DNA of 64,000 nt, from positions 416,001-480,000 of the forward strand of contig JBBCJC010000001.1 of assembly GCA_037189525.1 (NCBI GenBank). The letters are read 5' to 3'. Both the position numbers and the translations under genes were made by a program. The DNA comes from Gemmatimonadales bacterium (GTDB taxonomy: Bacteria > Gemmatimonadota > Gemmatimonadetes > Gemmatimonadales > GWC2-71-9). Position 1 is the first letter of the stretch; each line of letters begins with the position of its first letter. The notes below the pieces were generated by a model, which saw only the letters and a program-made list of their open reading frames with translations, was not told where the DNA came from and searched no databases. Shown here piece by piece: positions 62,734-64,000 of this stretch.

Positions 62734-64000
62734 TCGTCGCGAGCCAGACCGGGCCCGGCCGGCTCGGCTTCTCGGTACCGGCGGCGTTCCGACGGCTCGA
62801 CCCTCGGTGCGCAGCAGGCGTCATCGAGAGCGCCAGAGCTCCTGCGCTGGCTGACGATCCGCCGCCCGCCTGGCTCCGTCCGGATCAGATCGAGACCTTC
62901 AGGGCAGCGCTGGGCATTGCCCGCGCCTTCGGAGGCGTGATGATCGCGACCCCGGTCGGCTCCGGAAAGACGTATCTCGGTTTGGCAGTATCCCACGCAC
63001 TCGACCCGGCGGCGGCGATCGATGCCGTGGTCCCCGCTATCCTCGTGCCCCAATGGCAGCGCATCGCCGCGAGTCTCGGCGTGAGCTGCCGCGTGACGAG
63101 TCACGAGCTGATAAGTCGCGGCGGGCGTATCTCCGGAACCGGGCCGGCCCTGATCGACGAATCGCATCGCTTCCGCAACCCGGCGACCCGTCGCTATCGC
63201 CGCCTCGCGCCCCAACTGCTCGGCCGTCCGGTCGTCTTGCTCACCGCGACACCGGTGGTCAATCGGCGGCATGATCTGTCGACCCAACTCAGCCTGGCCG
63301 TCCGTGACGATGCGCTCGCCCTGTATGGAGTGCCCTCACTCCGCCAGGCGGTCGAAACCGACCCGGAGATCCGCCTGAGGCCGTTGGTTATCCGAGGTCC
63401 GGCCCCGACCGATCGACCGTCCCGCCGCGATACCATCGTCCGCAGCTGGCACGAAGGCGACCGGGCATTTGCTCAGGCCGTTGCTCGGATCGACCGCCTC
63501 AAACTCTCGCGGAGCCCGCCGATCGCTGCGCTGATTCGCGGCGGCCTGCTGCGGGCGCTGGCATCGAGCCCCGCGGCGCTCCTGACCTCGCTCGACGGTT
63601 ACCGCCGCCTGCTCAGCCACGCATCGGATGCACGCCGGGCCGGGCACCCGCTCAACCGGGCAGCGATCCAGTCGATGGTGGCGGGCGATGTCGACCAGCT
63701 CGTGATGTGGGACCTGGTCGACCACACTGATGCGGCTGCGGACCTTGCAGTCGGCGATCTGGCATTGGTCAACCGCCTCGCGACGCAAGCCGGGCACTGG
63801 GCCCGAACGGGAGACGCCAAGACTGCTCACCTGGCAGCGATTCTGGCCGACCGGCGACCGACCCTGGTGTTTTCGACGTTCAAGGACACGGTCGAGCACC
63901 TGCGCCGGCACCTGGCGGGGCCGGGGGTGGCGTGGCTGACCGGCAGCGAGGCGGGATACCAGCAGCGCCGGATGCCGCGGTCACTGGTACTCCAATCCTT
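62730..64000 (+). CDS. SF2 (SNF2-like) helicase, truncated by window edge
   Basis: Absent from the ORF track because it has no stop in the window. From GTG 62730: WLRPDQ, IATPVGSGKTY, LIDESHRFRN, LLTATPVVN, LVFSTF.DT. Confidence 0.85.
   Translation, partial: MIVASQTGPGRLGFSVPAAFRRLDPRCAAGVIESARAPALADDPPPAWLRPDQIETFRAALGIARAFGGVMIATPVGSGKTYLGLAVSHALDPAAAIDAVVPAILVPQWQRIAASLGVSCRVTSHELISRGGRISGTGPALIDESHRFRNPATRRYRRLAPQLLGRPVVLLTATPVVNRRHDLSTQLSLAVRDDALALYGVPSLRQAVETDPEIRLRPLVIRGPAPTDRPSRRDTIVRSWHEGDRAFAQAVARIDRLKLSRSPPIAALIRGGLLRALASSPAALLTSLDGYRRLLSHASDARRAGHPLNRAAIQSMVAGDVDQLVMWDLVDHTDAAADLAVGDLALVNRLATQAGHWARTGDAKTAHLAAILADRRPTLVFSTFKDTVEHLRRHLAGPGVAWLTGSEAGYQQRRMPRSLVLQS

Noticed and set aside
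59758..64000. Calling the locus DISARM or BREX
   Set aside because: No drmA/B/C, pglZ or brxC genes are visible in the window.

Overview
GC-rich bacterial chromosomal window of mostly core genes, with no CRISPR array, prophage or intact transposon visible. The gene repertoire suggests Gemmatimonadota (inference, not tested). In order: (1) a DNA-repair block (ligD, ku, DUF72, UvrD with an inserted DEDDh exonuclease); (2) exported hydrolases and oxidoreductases; (3) a Ser/Thr kinase-TPR plus ECF sigma operon; (4) a MarR/ring-cleaving dioxygenase/esterase module; (5) tRNA-Ala and tRNA-Gln; (6) a catalytically degenerate RAYT/Y1-transposase-like gene; (7) rnz, mlaEFD, mutY and nadE; (8) an ABC system ending in a permease-AttH/CrtC-like fusion; (9) an exported CbiX-like protein, then a cobalamin riboswitch-btuB-DUF71-DUF1289 unit; (10) a DtxR/FeoB/TlpA/TonB-receptor/multicopper-oxidase metal cluster headed by a membrane-anchored DtxR-FeoA-FeoA protein; (11) an N6-adenine methyltransferase plus SF2 helicase pair cut by the window edge. 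The best leads are the dead HUH protein, the anchored DtxR-FeoA metal operon, a shared promoter motif predicting the ECF regulon, the methyltransferase-helicase pair, an inverted tRNA fragment, and pervasive leaderless-type starts. All family calls come from motif recognition by eye; no database searches were run.
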